Shown here piece after piece: positions 29,298 through 37,997 of a stretch of DNA of 64,000 nucleotides. Origin of the DNA: Clostridiales bacterium (lineage in GTDB: Bacteria; Bacillota; Desulfotomaculia; Desulfotomaculales; VENG01); assembly GCA_021736985.1 (NCBI GenBank), contig JAIPEW010000015.1, positions 1,764 to 65,763 of the forward strand, given 5' to 3'. The translations under genes and the position numbers were made by a program. The notes beneath the pieces are model-generated. The model was not told the origin of the DNA, made no database searches, and saw only the letters and a program-made list of their open reading frames with translations. How positions within the stretch are numbered: the stretch's first letter is position 1; each line of letters starts with the position of its first letter.

Positions 29298-29325
29298 TAA
29301 AAAATGTGCCCTTTGCGGGACACAT
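29298..29325 (-). terminator. intrinsic terminator after the ferredoxin gene (end of the cbi transcription unit)
   Basis: Reverse strand reads ATGTGTCCC-gcaaa-GGGCACAT followed by TTTTTT. Confidence 0.65.
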
Positions 29326-29405
29326 AATATATATTAAGCTCCTAAAACAATCTATGCACATTAAGCATAAAAAACTGGTCAGGTTAACATTTGTTCTCTG
29401 ACTAA

Positions 29406-29813
29406 TTAGACTTGACGCCTACCCATTCTTCTTCCCCTGCCTTTTCTACATCCTCGCCTACCTGCTCCTCTACCCTGGTAATTACAAGATTTATTATTAT
29501 TCTTTTCACTAGACCGGTTTTGTAAATAATTAGACACCAGTTCAGCCGCTACCGGAACCAAACCTGCCAGGGCCGAAACAATTTTATTTTGACTGGTATT
29601 AACTTGCACAGGAGATGAAGACTGTTCAGTACGCTCAGGCACACTGACCTCACACACAGCTCCCTGGGGACAAACTTCTTCGCATATACCACATGCATTA
29701 CACAATTTTTGATCAATTTGCGCTTTATCATTGCTAAGACTAATTGCTGACCGGGGACAATTTTTTGTGCAGCTACCGCAACCTATACACTTGGATTGAT
29801 CTATATAAAACAT
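29406..29813 (-). CDS. 2x[4Fe-4S] ferredoxin domain protein with Arg/Gly-rich C-terminal tail
   Basis: Two cluster motifs, CIGCGSCTKNCP and CNACGICEEVCP. Tail reads GRGAGRRGCRKGRGRRMGRRQV. Start moved to the ATG at 29813, after GGTGGAG. Confidence 0.8.
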   Translation of the reverse strand: MFYIDQSKCIGCGSCTKNCPRSAISLSNDKAQIDQKLCNACGICEEVCPQGAVCEVSVPERTEQSSSPVQVNTSQNKIVSALAGLVPVAAELVSNYLQNRSSEKNNNKSCNYQGRGAGRRGCRKGRGRRMGRRQV

Positions 29814-29880
29814 AACTAACTCCACCTTTTTTAAACATATGTCTATAATTACAGTATCAATTAAGTACACCCGTGTCAAG

Positions 29881-30645
29881 TTAGATATCATAAAGATATT
29901 TATAATTACAAAATTTTACTCCAATATCTAAAAGTCTTTTTTTTGTTTCTGAGGCACAAAGTATGTTTAATTCTTTTTCCCTGCCTTCAACATAACTACT
30001 TTTTTGGCACAATTCAAGATCAATCATTGCAGGATGCGTCATTAATTCCGCCACTTTAAATTTATTCCTGCAGGCTTCTTCCATAAAACTTATTAAAACA
30101 TCGAGTGTAGCATTCCTATCTATCCAATTACCACAAAAGTATTCAGGAGTCGGGATGTGCAATTTCTCTAACGAAGTTCTCATTTCATTATTAATACTTC
30201 TTACGGGTAGCTTGAATTCACGGTTCACTTTCAGCAAAGCTTCAAATACATCAGAGTGGAAATGTACATGGTGATGAGTATCCAGGTGGGTTAATAAGTC
30301 TATTTTAGTGCTGGCTTTTATAACTTGCATGCGCAATTCGGTACTGATTTCATTTATATTCAACTTCTTTTTAAATAACAAATCTTTTGAGATAAAAAAT
30401 CCTTTGTCATCTACCAGTGTAGGTACTTTGTCAGCCGGGCAGACAGGCTTACCACTTGTTAAAACCAGGTGCACTCCTGTACTGGGTATTACTTTACTAT
30501 TTAAAAGCCTTAACGCGTGTTCTGCAGCAGGCTGGTTTATCATCAGGGTAGTACTATTTACAATGCCCTGGCTAAAAGCCAGGGCAATTCCGTTATTTAC
30601 ACCTTTAGAGTACCCGAGATCATCAGCATTCACAATTAATTTCAA
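29881..30645 (-). CDS. YdjC/ChbG-family carbohydrate deacetylase
   Basis: N-terminus MKLIVNADDLGYS.GVN.GI, plus H.H.H metal-site histidines (THLDTHHHVH). Confidence 0.8.
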   Translation of the reverse strand: MKLIVNADDLGYSKGVNNGIALAFSQGIVNSTTLMINQPAAEHALRLLNSKVIPSTGVHLVLTSGKPVCPADKVPTLVDDKGFFISKDLLFKKKLNINEISTELRMQVIKASTKIDLLTHLDTHHHVHFHSDVFEALLKVNREFKLPVRSINNEMRTSLEKLHIPTPEYFCGNWIDRNATLDVLISFMEEACRNKFKVAELMTHPAMIDLELCQKSSYVEGREKELNILCASETKKRLLDIGVKFCNYKYLYDI

Positions 30646-30663
30646 ATGGCATACTCCCTGGTA

Positions 30664-31308
30664 TTATATGTTTTTATCTCCGGATTCTATAACATATTCA
30701 AGCATTGCATTGATTACAGCTGCTGCGATAGGACTTCCTCCCCGCGTGCCTGGAAGAGTTATGTAAGGAAGATCAAATTTTAAAAGATCTTCTTTAGACT
30801 GTGCCGCACCGACAAACCCTACCGGAACTCCTATTATCAGTGCAGGCCAGCATACTTCCCGGCTCACCAGGGATAACAATTCAAAGAGGGCAGTAGGCGC
30901 GTTTCCTATTGCTACCAGCTGCCCGTTCATTTCATTACTATTTATTCTTATCGCTGCTGCTGCCCTGGTAATATTTTCTTTTTTTGCCTTTTCTTTTACC
31001 CGGGGTGATGCAATATCACATAGTGCCTCCGAACTAAACTTGCTCAATGCATGCTTATTAATACCGGAGCAAATCATGTTCACATCAGTATATATATTGC
31101 TTCCCTTTTTTAAAGCTTCTATACCTTTTTCAACAGCATCTTCTGAAAACTTAACTTGATCAGCCAGGGACGGATCTCCGGAAGTATGGATTATTCTTTT
31201 TACCACGTTCTTTTCCTGGAGAGACAGATCTATCCCTTTCATATATTGCTCAATTATTTCCATGCTTTCTTTCATTATGGAACCCGGATTCCAATTAATA
31301 ACACCCAT
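30664..31308 (-). CDS. cbiC: cobalt-precorrin-8 methylmutase
   Basis: HTSGD motif and CbiC/CobH fold length. Last canonical gene of the cbi operon. Confidence 0.9.
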   Translation of the reverse strand: MGVINWNPGSIMKESMEIIEQYMKGIDLSLQEKNVVKRIIHTSGDPSLADQVKFSEDAVEKGIEALKKGSNIYTDVNMICSGINKHALSKFSSEALCDIASPRVKEKAKKENITRAAAAIRINSNEMNGQLVAIGNAPTALFELLSLVSREVCWPALIIGVPVGFVGAAQSKEDLLKFDLPYITLPGTRGGSPIAAAVINAMLEYVIESGDKNI

Positions 31309-31310
31309 GC

Positions 31311-31694
31311 TTAATCCTCCTGAATGACCTGGCTGGCATTTCTGGCCCTGTCTATTATAATATCTGCTATCCTGGGATCTGCACCCATGTGACCCGCCAT
31401 TACAAATTCCACGTTAGGATTACTTGTTTTCTGCAATAATAACTTGCTGGGAATATCTCTTTTTATATGATTACCGGTAACTAAAAATATAGGTACTACT
31501 ACAATTCTATTTGCACCGGCAGCAATAAGGTTTTCTACTGCTTCTCCCAGGCTGGGTTCACCAAAAGATAAGTATCCTACTTCATAAAGGCCTTCTCCAT
31601 ATCTTTCTTTAACTTGTTCAGCTATATCTATTATAAGCTGGTTCGCTTCTTCACGGCGGCTGCCGTGTCCGAGCAAAAGAATACCCTCTTTCAT
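31311..31694 (-). CDS. cbiX: sirohydrochlorin cobaltochelatase, short form (CbiX-S type)
   Basis: 127 aa. LLLGHGSR motif and a second conserved His (AGHMG). Operon context supports the call. Confidence 0.8.
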   Translation of the reverse strand: MKEGILLLGHGSRREEANQLIIDIAEQVKERYGEGLYEVGYLSFGEPSLGEAVENLIAAGANRIVVVPIFLVTGNHIKRDIPSKLLLQKTSNPNVEFVMAGHMGADPRIADIIIDRARNASQVIQED

Positions 31695-31709
31695 TAAAAT
31701 CGCCTCACT

Positions 31710-32480
31710 TTACTCATTATTTATAATCTTATTAACCTGAAAGACTACTTCTTCCGGGGAATTGACTTTCATGGGATATTCGAAACAGGGACGCATCCAT
31801 ATTACTATAGGAATTTCTAAATCTACAGCTGCATTTATTTTATTTTCCACTCCCCCTGCAGAACCACTCTCTTTGGTAATTACCACCCCGGTTCCACAGC
31901 TTAAAAAAAGTTCCCTGTTAAGACCCCGGGAAAAGGGCCCTTGCACAGCTATAATCTGGGCCGGGCTCAATCCCATGTCCCTGCACCTGAACAGTACTTC
32001 CGGGTCCGGTAAAACCCTGGCTATTACCCGCACATCTCTCCGGGCAGCTTTCTCCACAATAACAGGTAAGTTCTTGCTGCCCAGGGTGCTAAATAGTGTT
32101 TTTTCTTCATCAATTGCTAACTCAACTGCTTCATTAAAATCATAAGCTTTTCTAACGAGCGGGTGATCAGGAATCTCTGCCGCTGGCCTTTCCAACCTTA
32201 TATAATTTACTTTTTTCCGGCTGCACAATTCAAGCAATGTCCGGGTTATATTAACTGCATAAGGATGCGTAGCATCTATTACAGCATCAAATCCCTTATC
32301 CAGCAGGCAAGATAATTGATCTTCATTTAATTGGCCGCATAAAATACTTGTTAAACTGCAGTCATTTAACAACTTTTTCCCGTATTCCGTCGCTGTAGAA
32401 GCTGTTACTTTAAACCCGGCACTCGTCAGAGCAGAAGCTGCTTGCCTGCCTTCCCCGGTTCCGGCCAGAACCAGTATCAA
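31710..32480 (-). CDS. cbiJ: cobalt-precorrin-6A reductase
   Basis: N-terminus MILVLAGTGEGR, typical of CbiJ/CobK. Confidence 0.88.
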   Translation of the reverse strand: MILVLAGTGEGRQAASALTSAGFKVTASTATEYGKKLLNDCSLTSILCGQLNEDQLSCLLDKGFDAVIDATHPYAVNITRTLLELCSRKKVNYIRLERPAAEIPDHPLVRKAYDFNEAVELAIDEEKTLFSTLGSKNLPVIVEKAARRDVRVIARVLPDPEVLFRCRDMGLSPAQIIAVQGPFSRGLNRELFLSCGTGVVITKESGSAGGVENKINAAVDLEIPIVIWMRPCFEYPMKVNSPEEVVFQVNKIINNE

Positions 32481-33187
32481 AATATATATCCCCTTGGAGT
32501 AACAATACAGCCATTTTTCACAGTAGTTTCCGAATTACCTATTATCACAGTAGTTAACATGTCTATTTCGCTTTTTAACATGTCCTGCAGAGTAGTTATT
32601 GTCTTTTCCTCTTCTCCCCGGTTTGCTTTACGTACTATTCCCACCGGGGTATCAGGCGTACGGTGCCACAGGATAACTTCCCGGGCTGTCTTTATATTAT
32701 CCGGACGTCCTTTACTCCTGGGATTATAAAGAACAATAACAAAGTTCCCCAGGGCAGCAGCTTCAATACGCTCAACCATTTGTTTCCACGGAGTAAGAAT
32801 ATCACTCAAACTTATAGAAGCAAAATCATTAACTATAGGTGCTCCAATCGAAGCTGCTGCTGCGCTGGCAGCAGTTACACCGGGAACAATCTCTACCGGC
32901 ACTTTCCCGGAAACTACCTCCAGTATTATCCCGGCCATTCCATATACACCAGGGTCACCACTGGACACTACAGCTACAGTTTTGTCCTGCTCTGCAATTT
33001 CCAGGGCCTGCCGGGCCCGGTCAACTTCTTTTCTCATTCCAGAAGATACAATTTCCTTGTCTCCAGTTAAATCACTAATTAACTCGAGATAAGTTTCATA
33101 ACCAGTTACTGCGTCGCATTCTTTGACAGCCTGTACCGCCTGTGGTGTCATACATTCCCTGTCTCCAGGACCTAATCCCACCACCAC
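32477..33187 (-). CDS. cbiH: cobalt-precorrin-3B C17-methyltransferase
   Basis: Class III tetrapyrrole methylase (VVGLGPGD, SSGDPGVYGM). Start moved to GTG 33187, after AGAGGA, because the longer ORF overlaps cbiG. Confidence 0.88.
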   Translation of the reverse strand: MVVGLGPGDRECMTPQAVQAVKECDAVTGYETYLELISDLTGDKEIVSSGMRKEVDRARQALEIAEQDKTVAVVSSGDPGVYGMAGIILEVVSGKVPVEIVPGVTAASAAAASIGAPIVNDFASISLSDILTPWKQMVERIEAAALGNFVIVLYNPRSKGRPDNIKTAREVILWHRTPDTPVGIVRKANRGEEEKTITTLQDMLKSEIDMLTTVIIGNSETTVKNGCIVTPRGYIF

Positions 33188-34224
33188 AATTTTTCCTCTG
33201 CCACTGCCACAGTCACCGGGCCTAGTTTCATTTTGTGAACTACAATTCTGCCCGGGCTGGTAGCTAGTATTGCAGCCGGTTCGCATACTCCACCAACTCC
33301 TATTGTTTTTTTTACAAATTCTGATTCCTCGTAACTTACCTGCAGTTCTTGTACTTGCTTACGTGAAATAACTTTTACAGGCAAGTCATATAAATCAGCA
33401 GCCCGGCAAATTCCAGCTTCATTTGCTTTTAAATCAATAGTTGCCAGGGCTGTTAATCTCTTTACACCTTCTGTAATACCTGACAGCGCTTCTTCCAGCG
33501 CTTTTTTTACATCACTGCAAGATACTCCCCGCCGGCATCCAATACCGGCTACCAGGTTCCGCGGAAGAAAGTATAATGCATCTTTGTCATAATTCTTTAT
33601 CTCCCTGTCTATAATAACTTTTCTCTTTACATCTTCACCGTTATCCCGGTACAAAAAACCCCCAACTTTATCTCGAGGCACCGGCCAGCGGCTTAACAGC
33701 CGTACCTGCTCGCCTTCAGCAAGAGAACGATTTATTTTTTTTACCATTGAAAAAGGCACTGGAACACAATGCAGCTGCCCGGCCAGTAAATCTGCAGCAT
33801 GCGCATTGACAACATCTGTTGCAGTAGTAATGACCGGGGTACCGCCGGTTATACGGGCAGCTTTCTCCGCCAGTTCATTTGCACCACCTACATGCCCGGA
33901 GATCAGGCTAACAGCAAAAGAACCGCCTTCATCAATAACTACTACCGCCGGATCACTGAGCTTTGACTCCAGCAAAAGAGCAATAGTACGTACTACTATC
34001 CCTGCTGCCATGATAAACAGTAATCCACCGTATGTATTAAAAGCATTTTGTACTGTCTTTGAAAAGTTTTCAAAATACAGTGCCCGGCTGTTTTCCATCC
34101 CTTTAAACCTGGCTGGCAAATACAAGTCTGCACCTGTTTCACCTGCTATTTTATTAGCCAGCGCTGCGCCGCCGGAAGTCAAGGCAAATACTGCCAGTTT
34201 ACTCCCGCGACTTTCTATACTCAT
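33172..34224 (-). CDS. cbiG: cobalt-precorrin-5A hydrolase
   Basis: CbiG N- and C-terminal domains (ISGHVGGAN; GVGC.RG). ATG at 34224 lies 7 nt after AAGGGG. Confidence 0.88.
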   Translation of the reverse strand: MSIESRGSKLAVFALTSGGAALANKIAGETGADLYLPARFKGMENSRALYFENFSKTVQNAFNTYGGLLFIMAAGIVVRTIALLLESKLSDPAVVVIDEGGSFAVSLISGHVGGANELAEKAARITGGTPVITTATDVVNAHAADLLAGQLHCVPVPFSMVKKINRSLAEGEQVRLLSRWPVPRDKVGGFLYRDNGEDVKRKVIIDREIKNYDKDALYFLPRNLVAGIGCRRGVSCSDVKKALEEALSGITEGVKRLTALATIDLKANEAGICRAADLYDLPVKVISRKQVQELQVSYEESEFVKKTIGVGGVCEPAAILATSPGRIVVHKMKLGPVTVAVAEEKLWWWD

Positions 34225-34948
34225 GGCTAAACCCCTTATCATACAGTTTTGACAGACCATTTTTGCTGAGGAATTCACCAACAAAAATCAGGGCTGTTTT
34301 TTTTATTCCAGCCTCTTTTACCAGGCCGGGAAGATGCTGCAATTCCCCTTGCAATATTCTTTCCCCCGGCCAGGATACTTTTTCCACTACAGCTACCGGA
34401 GTACCAGCTGGATATTCCCTGCACAGTTCTTCTACAACTTTATCAACCATGCCTGCAGAAAGGAATACAGCCATTGTAGACCTGTGTTTGGCCAGATCCC
34501 GCAACTTTTCAGTTTCCGGCACGGGAGTACGTCCTTCCATCCTTGTGATAATCACTGTCTGAGTACCATCCGGAACCGTAAACTCCCTTTTCAAAGCAGC
34601 ACCTGCAGCTAAAAATGAACTGACCCCCGGAACAACTTCATAGTCAATTCCCATTTTATCCAGCTTATTCATTTGTTCGCCTATAGCGCCATAAAGACAT
34701 GGATCCCCTGTATGCAGGCGTACCACTTCTGCTCCTACCTGGTGCATTTTAGCCATCAAACTTACCATAGCACTCAGATCCATCTCCGCGCTGTTTTCAA
34801 CCCGGGCCCCTTCTTTGCAATAATCCAACAGCTGAGGGTTAACCAGGGAACCGGCGTAAATCACCAGGTCGGCTGCTTGCAGCAGCTTGTATCCCTTGAG
34901 AGTAATAAGCTCCGGGTCTCCTGCACCTGCTCCTACGAAATATATCAT
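34199..34948 (-). CDS. cbiF: cobalt-precorrin-4 C11-methyltransferase
   Basis: MIYFVGAGAGDPELIT and HTGDP.LYGA motifs. Confidence 0.92.
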   Translation of the reverse strand: MIYFVGAGAGDPELITLKGYKLLQAADLVIYAGSLVNPQLLDYCKEGARVENSAEMDLSAMVSLMAKMHQVGAEVVRLHTGDPCLYGAIGEQMNKLDKMGIDYEVVPGVSSFLAAGAALKREFTVPDGTQTVIITRMEGRTPVPETEKLRDLAKHRSTMAVFLSAGMVDKVVEELCREYPAGTPVAVVEKVSWPGERILQGELQHLPGLVKEAGIKKTALIFVGEFLSKNGLSKLYDKGFSHEYRKSRE

Positions 34949-35673
34949 TTATTTTCACCGCCTTGATCATTGCGTTTAACTAGCATAGCTGAAAGATAAT
35001 CCTGGCGAGTCCCCCTGAGGCTCTCCATGTTAGTTGTAAAAAAACCGTCTTCCAGGCCGTACTTACATGCAAAAGCAGCATTACCTGCCAGTCCTTTTTC
35101 GTCGAGAACTTTTAATACTTTCTCGAGCTGTTTGCCGGCTTTTAAAATCATTACATTATCAAATTCTTCTAATACTCTCTTAAGATCTTCTTCCGGCTGC
35201 AAGGCCGGAACCACGGCAAATTTCTCCTCGCTCTCAGCCAGGGGTACCTGCATCCAGCAAGAAACAGCATTTATAGAACTAATACCTGGAATAATCTCTA
35301 CATTAACTTTAGGATTAATTTCACGCAAGAATTTAAGCAAATAAGTAAAGGTACTGTACATAGTTGGATCCCCGAGAGTTATAAAAGCAACATCCTGCCC
35401 GCGTTGAAGTTCACTATCAATTTTTCGTGCAGCTTCCAACTGGTGTTCTTTAAGTTTCTGCTGGTCTCGAGTCATGGGAAGCAGGAGTTCTATAACTGTC
35501 CATTCTTTTCCTACGGCCCCTGAAGCTATAGAAAAGGCCAGGCTGTTTTTTTCATTCCCCGACTTAGGTACGCATAAAATACTTATTTCACCAAGTACCC
35601 GCCGGGCTTTCATAGTAAGCAGTTCCGGGTCACCGGGACCAACACCCACCCCGTAAAATTTTCCCACAGACAT
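34945..35673 (-). CDS. cbiL: cobalt-precorrin-2 C20-methyltransferase
   Basis: GVGVGPGDPELLT and TLGDPTMYST motifs. Confidence 0.9.
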   Translation of the reverse strand: MSVGKFYGVGVGPGDPELLTMKARRVLGEISILCVPKSGNEKNSLAFSIASGAVGKEWTVIELLLPMTRDQQKLKEHQLEAARKIDSELQRGQDVAFITLGDPTMYSTFTYLLKFLREINPKVNVEIIPGISSINAVSCWMQVPLAESEEKFAVVPALQPEEDLKRVLEEFDNVMILKAGKQLEKVLKVLDEKGLAGNAAFACKYGLEDGFFTTNMESLRGTRQDYLSAMLVKRNDQGGENK

Positions 35674-36275
35674 TAATTAGTCTCCCTTCTTTGAGCACAT
35701 ATTACCTGCACAGGATTATGAGAATGCCACATGTAAACCCTGCCCCGGGAATTAGCTTTGGCAATATTGACGCTGGTTATATCTATATCTTTAAAATCGT
35801 GTTTTTCCATGAATTTTATTACTTCGGGCCCTGTATCCATAGTAATACTGCTGGCAACCAGCCGCCCTCCCGGCTTTAATTTATTGTATACTTCTTCAAG
35901 TACTTGCTTTATTGCTCCCCCACTTCCACCTATAAATATTCTGTCAGCAAGGGGTAAGTCCTCCAGGGCCCCGGGAGCACTTCCAGGTACAATTATTACT
36001 TTCGGTGTTTCAAATAAATCTATGTTTTCCCTTAAACTTTCTATTGCTTCTACTTTTTTTTCTACTGCATAAACTCTCTGGCAGCCCATAAGAGCACACT
36101 CAACACTGACTGAACCTGTCCCCGCACCTATATCATAGATTACTGCCCCGGGAAACGGGCAGATACGTGAGAGTACTACAGCCCTTACATCCTGCTTGGT
36201 CATAGGAATACCGTCTGCTCGCTTAAACAGTTGATCAGGTATACCGGGTGATGTATACGGCCAGTTTTTATTCAT
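35673..36275 (-). CDS. cbiT: cobalt-precorrin-6B C15-methyltransferase (decarboxylating)
   Basis: SAM-binding DIGAGTGSVS motif. Size and position fit CbiT. Confidence 0.88.
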   Translation of the reverse strand: MNKNWPYTSPGIPDQLFKRADGIPMTKQDVRAVVLSRICPFPGAVIYDIGAGTGSVSVECALMGCQRVYAVEKKVEAIESLRENIDLFETPKVIIVPGSAPGALEDLPLADRIFIGGSGGAIKQVLEEVYNKLKPGGRLVASSITMDTGPEVIKFMEKHDFKDIDITSVNIAKANSRGRVYMWHSHNPVQVICAQRRETN

Positions 36276-36897
36276 AATTAATCACCATCACAGAAGGCGA
36301 AGTATCATCATTACCCTCAGCCAGTTTCTGTAAAGATATAAATAACAACTCCTCGCCGGCATAAGAAAGATTTTTTCCTACTGCCACGGGCCTGTCCCTG
36401 CATCCCTTATTTAAAAGGTACTCGGCTACCCGGGAAGGTGAGTATTCACTTCCGGTAAGTACCGCTACTGTATTTCCTGATTCAACTAATTGATCTACTC
36501 CTTCAGGTGCCCTTCCATGCAGGCTAATCACTGAAGCATCCTGCCAAGGTTTCTTAAGCCTGGCAAACATGAGCTGTACAGAACTTACGCCGGGCACAAA
36601 TTCCATAATTTCTAGAGGCAATTTTTTAGCAAGATAAGCTGCCAGGCTGTAAATACCCGTGTCTCCTGATACCAGGACTACCAGTTTTTTTGATTTATAA
36701 TTGTTTTTTATGTAATTAACTACTCCTGCTAAGTCTCTATCTACTATATATTTTTCCTGTTCCGGCCCGGCAAAAGTATCTAAAAGCCTTTTTCCGCCTA
36801 TCAAGACTTCTGCACCACTAATTTTTTCTTTTCCCAGTCCGGTCAAATACGCCGGGTGCCCGGGCCCTGTCCCCACAACTATCAAACTTTCTGCCAA
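36268..36897 (-). CDS. cbiE: cobalt-precorrin-7 C5-methyltransferase
   Basis: VVGTGPG and SGDTGIYS motifs. Confidence 0.88.
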   Translation of the reverse strand: MAESLIVVGTGPGHPAYLTGLGKEKISGAEVLIGGKRLLDTFAGPEQEKYIVDRDLAGVVNYIKNNYKSKKLVVLVSGDTGIYSLAAYLAKKLPLEIMEFVPGVSSVQLMFARLKKPWQDASVISLHGRAPEGVDQLVESGNTVAVLTGSEYSPSRVAEYLLNKGCRDRPVAVGKNLSYAGEELLFISLQKLAEGNDDTSPSVMVINYE

Positions 36898-37997
36898 CCC
36901 AATTCACTCCCTATCTCTACTGCCCCTTTATCAAACCCAATAACACCGCCGGAAAAAGCATACAATATTGTACCGACCTTAATGCTATTGCTGCAGTACT
37001 GTACTGCACGCCTGCTGGCTGCAGATGCAATAGAATTATATACTTCTTCCATGCCTCTTTCTTTTAAAAGCTGCACTGATTCCTCTGCCGTGTTAAGCTG
37101 CATTATTTTTTTCACCAGCTCCTTTTCAGCACCTAGCACAGCTGCATGAGCAGCCAGCGTTTCCCGCCTGGCATCAGCCAGGCGGCTGTGCGTAAGGAAA
37201 ATGCCTGCAGCTACCTTAAGCAGTTTTCCAAGATGACCGAAAAGTATAACACCTTCAAACCCTTTTCGAGCACTTTGTTCCAACATTTCACCTATGTAAT
37301 TACTTGTTTCCATTACAGTTTCAGGATAAAAACCCAGTGATTCAGCTTTATTTCGTCCCATGCGCCCGGGAGTTAACACGCCAAACCGGTATCCCAGGGC
37401 AATTACCTGGTCTATCTGCGGCACCAGGGACCTTATATACGCATCATCGGACATTGGCTTTACTATACCCGTAGTACCTAGTATGGAAATGCCGTTTTTT
37501 ATACCTAATTTAGGGTTCAACGTTTTTTCTGCCAGTTGTTCGCCACCCTGTGCTTCTATGGTAATTGATGCTCCTTTTTTCTCTCCCAGCAGCTGGACTG
37601 CTTCATATTTAATCATAGCACGGGGTACAGGGTTTATGGCCGGTTCACCTAATGGCACTGAAAGGCCGGGCCTGGTAACTGTACCTACTCCTTTACCACC
37701 GTAAATTGATAAATCCCCTTCTTTAAGAGTAACACGGGCAGTAATCTCCATGTTATTAGTTACATCAGGGTCATCACCGGCATCTTTAACTATTGAAGCT
37801 TCCGCCTCTCCTGCCTGGCAAACGACCTTTTTAACCGGCAGAGTCAAAGTGCTCCCTCCGGGAATATTGATATCAACTTTATCCAATTTTCTACCCTCTA
37901 AAAGCACTGTCAGAGCAGCCCTGGCTGCTGCTGCTGCACAACTTCCTGTAGTATAGCCGCTGCGCAGCTCAAATTTCCCGGATTTATCGTATACCAT
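36882..37997 (-). CDS. cbiD: cobalt-precorrin-5B C1-methyltransferase
   Basis: N-terminus LRSGYTTGSCAAAA, characteristic of CbiD. Confidence 0.9.
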   Translation of the reverse strand: MVYDKSGKFELRSGYTTGSCAAAAARAALTVLLEGRKLDKVDINIPGGSTLTLPVKKVVCQAGEAEASIVKDAGDDPDVTNNMEITARVTLKEGDLSIYGGKGVGTVTRPGLSVPLGEPAINPVPRAMIKYEAVQLLGEKKGASITIEAQGGEQLAEKTLNPKLGIKNGISILGTTGIVKPMSDDAYIRSLVPQIDQVIALGYRFGVLTPGRMGRNKAESLGFYPETVMETSNYIGEMLEQSARKGFEGVILFGHLGKLLKVAAGIFLTHSRLADARRETLAAHAAVLGAEKELVKKIMQLNTAEESVQLLKERGMEEVYNSIASAASRRAVQYCSNSIKVGTILYAFSGGVIGFDKGAVEIGSELGWQKV

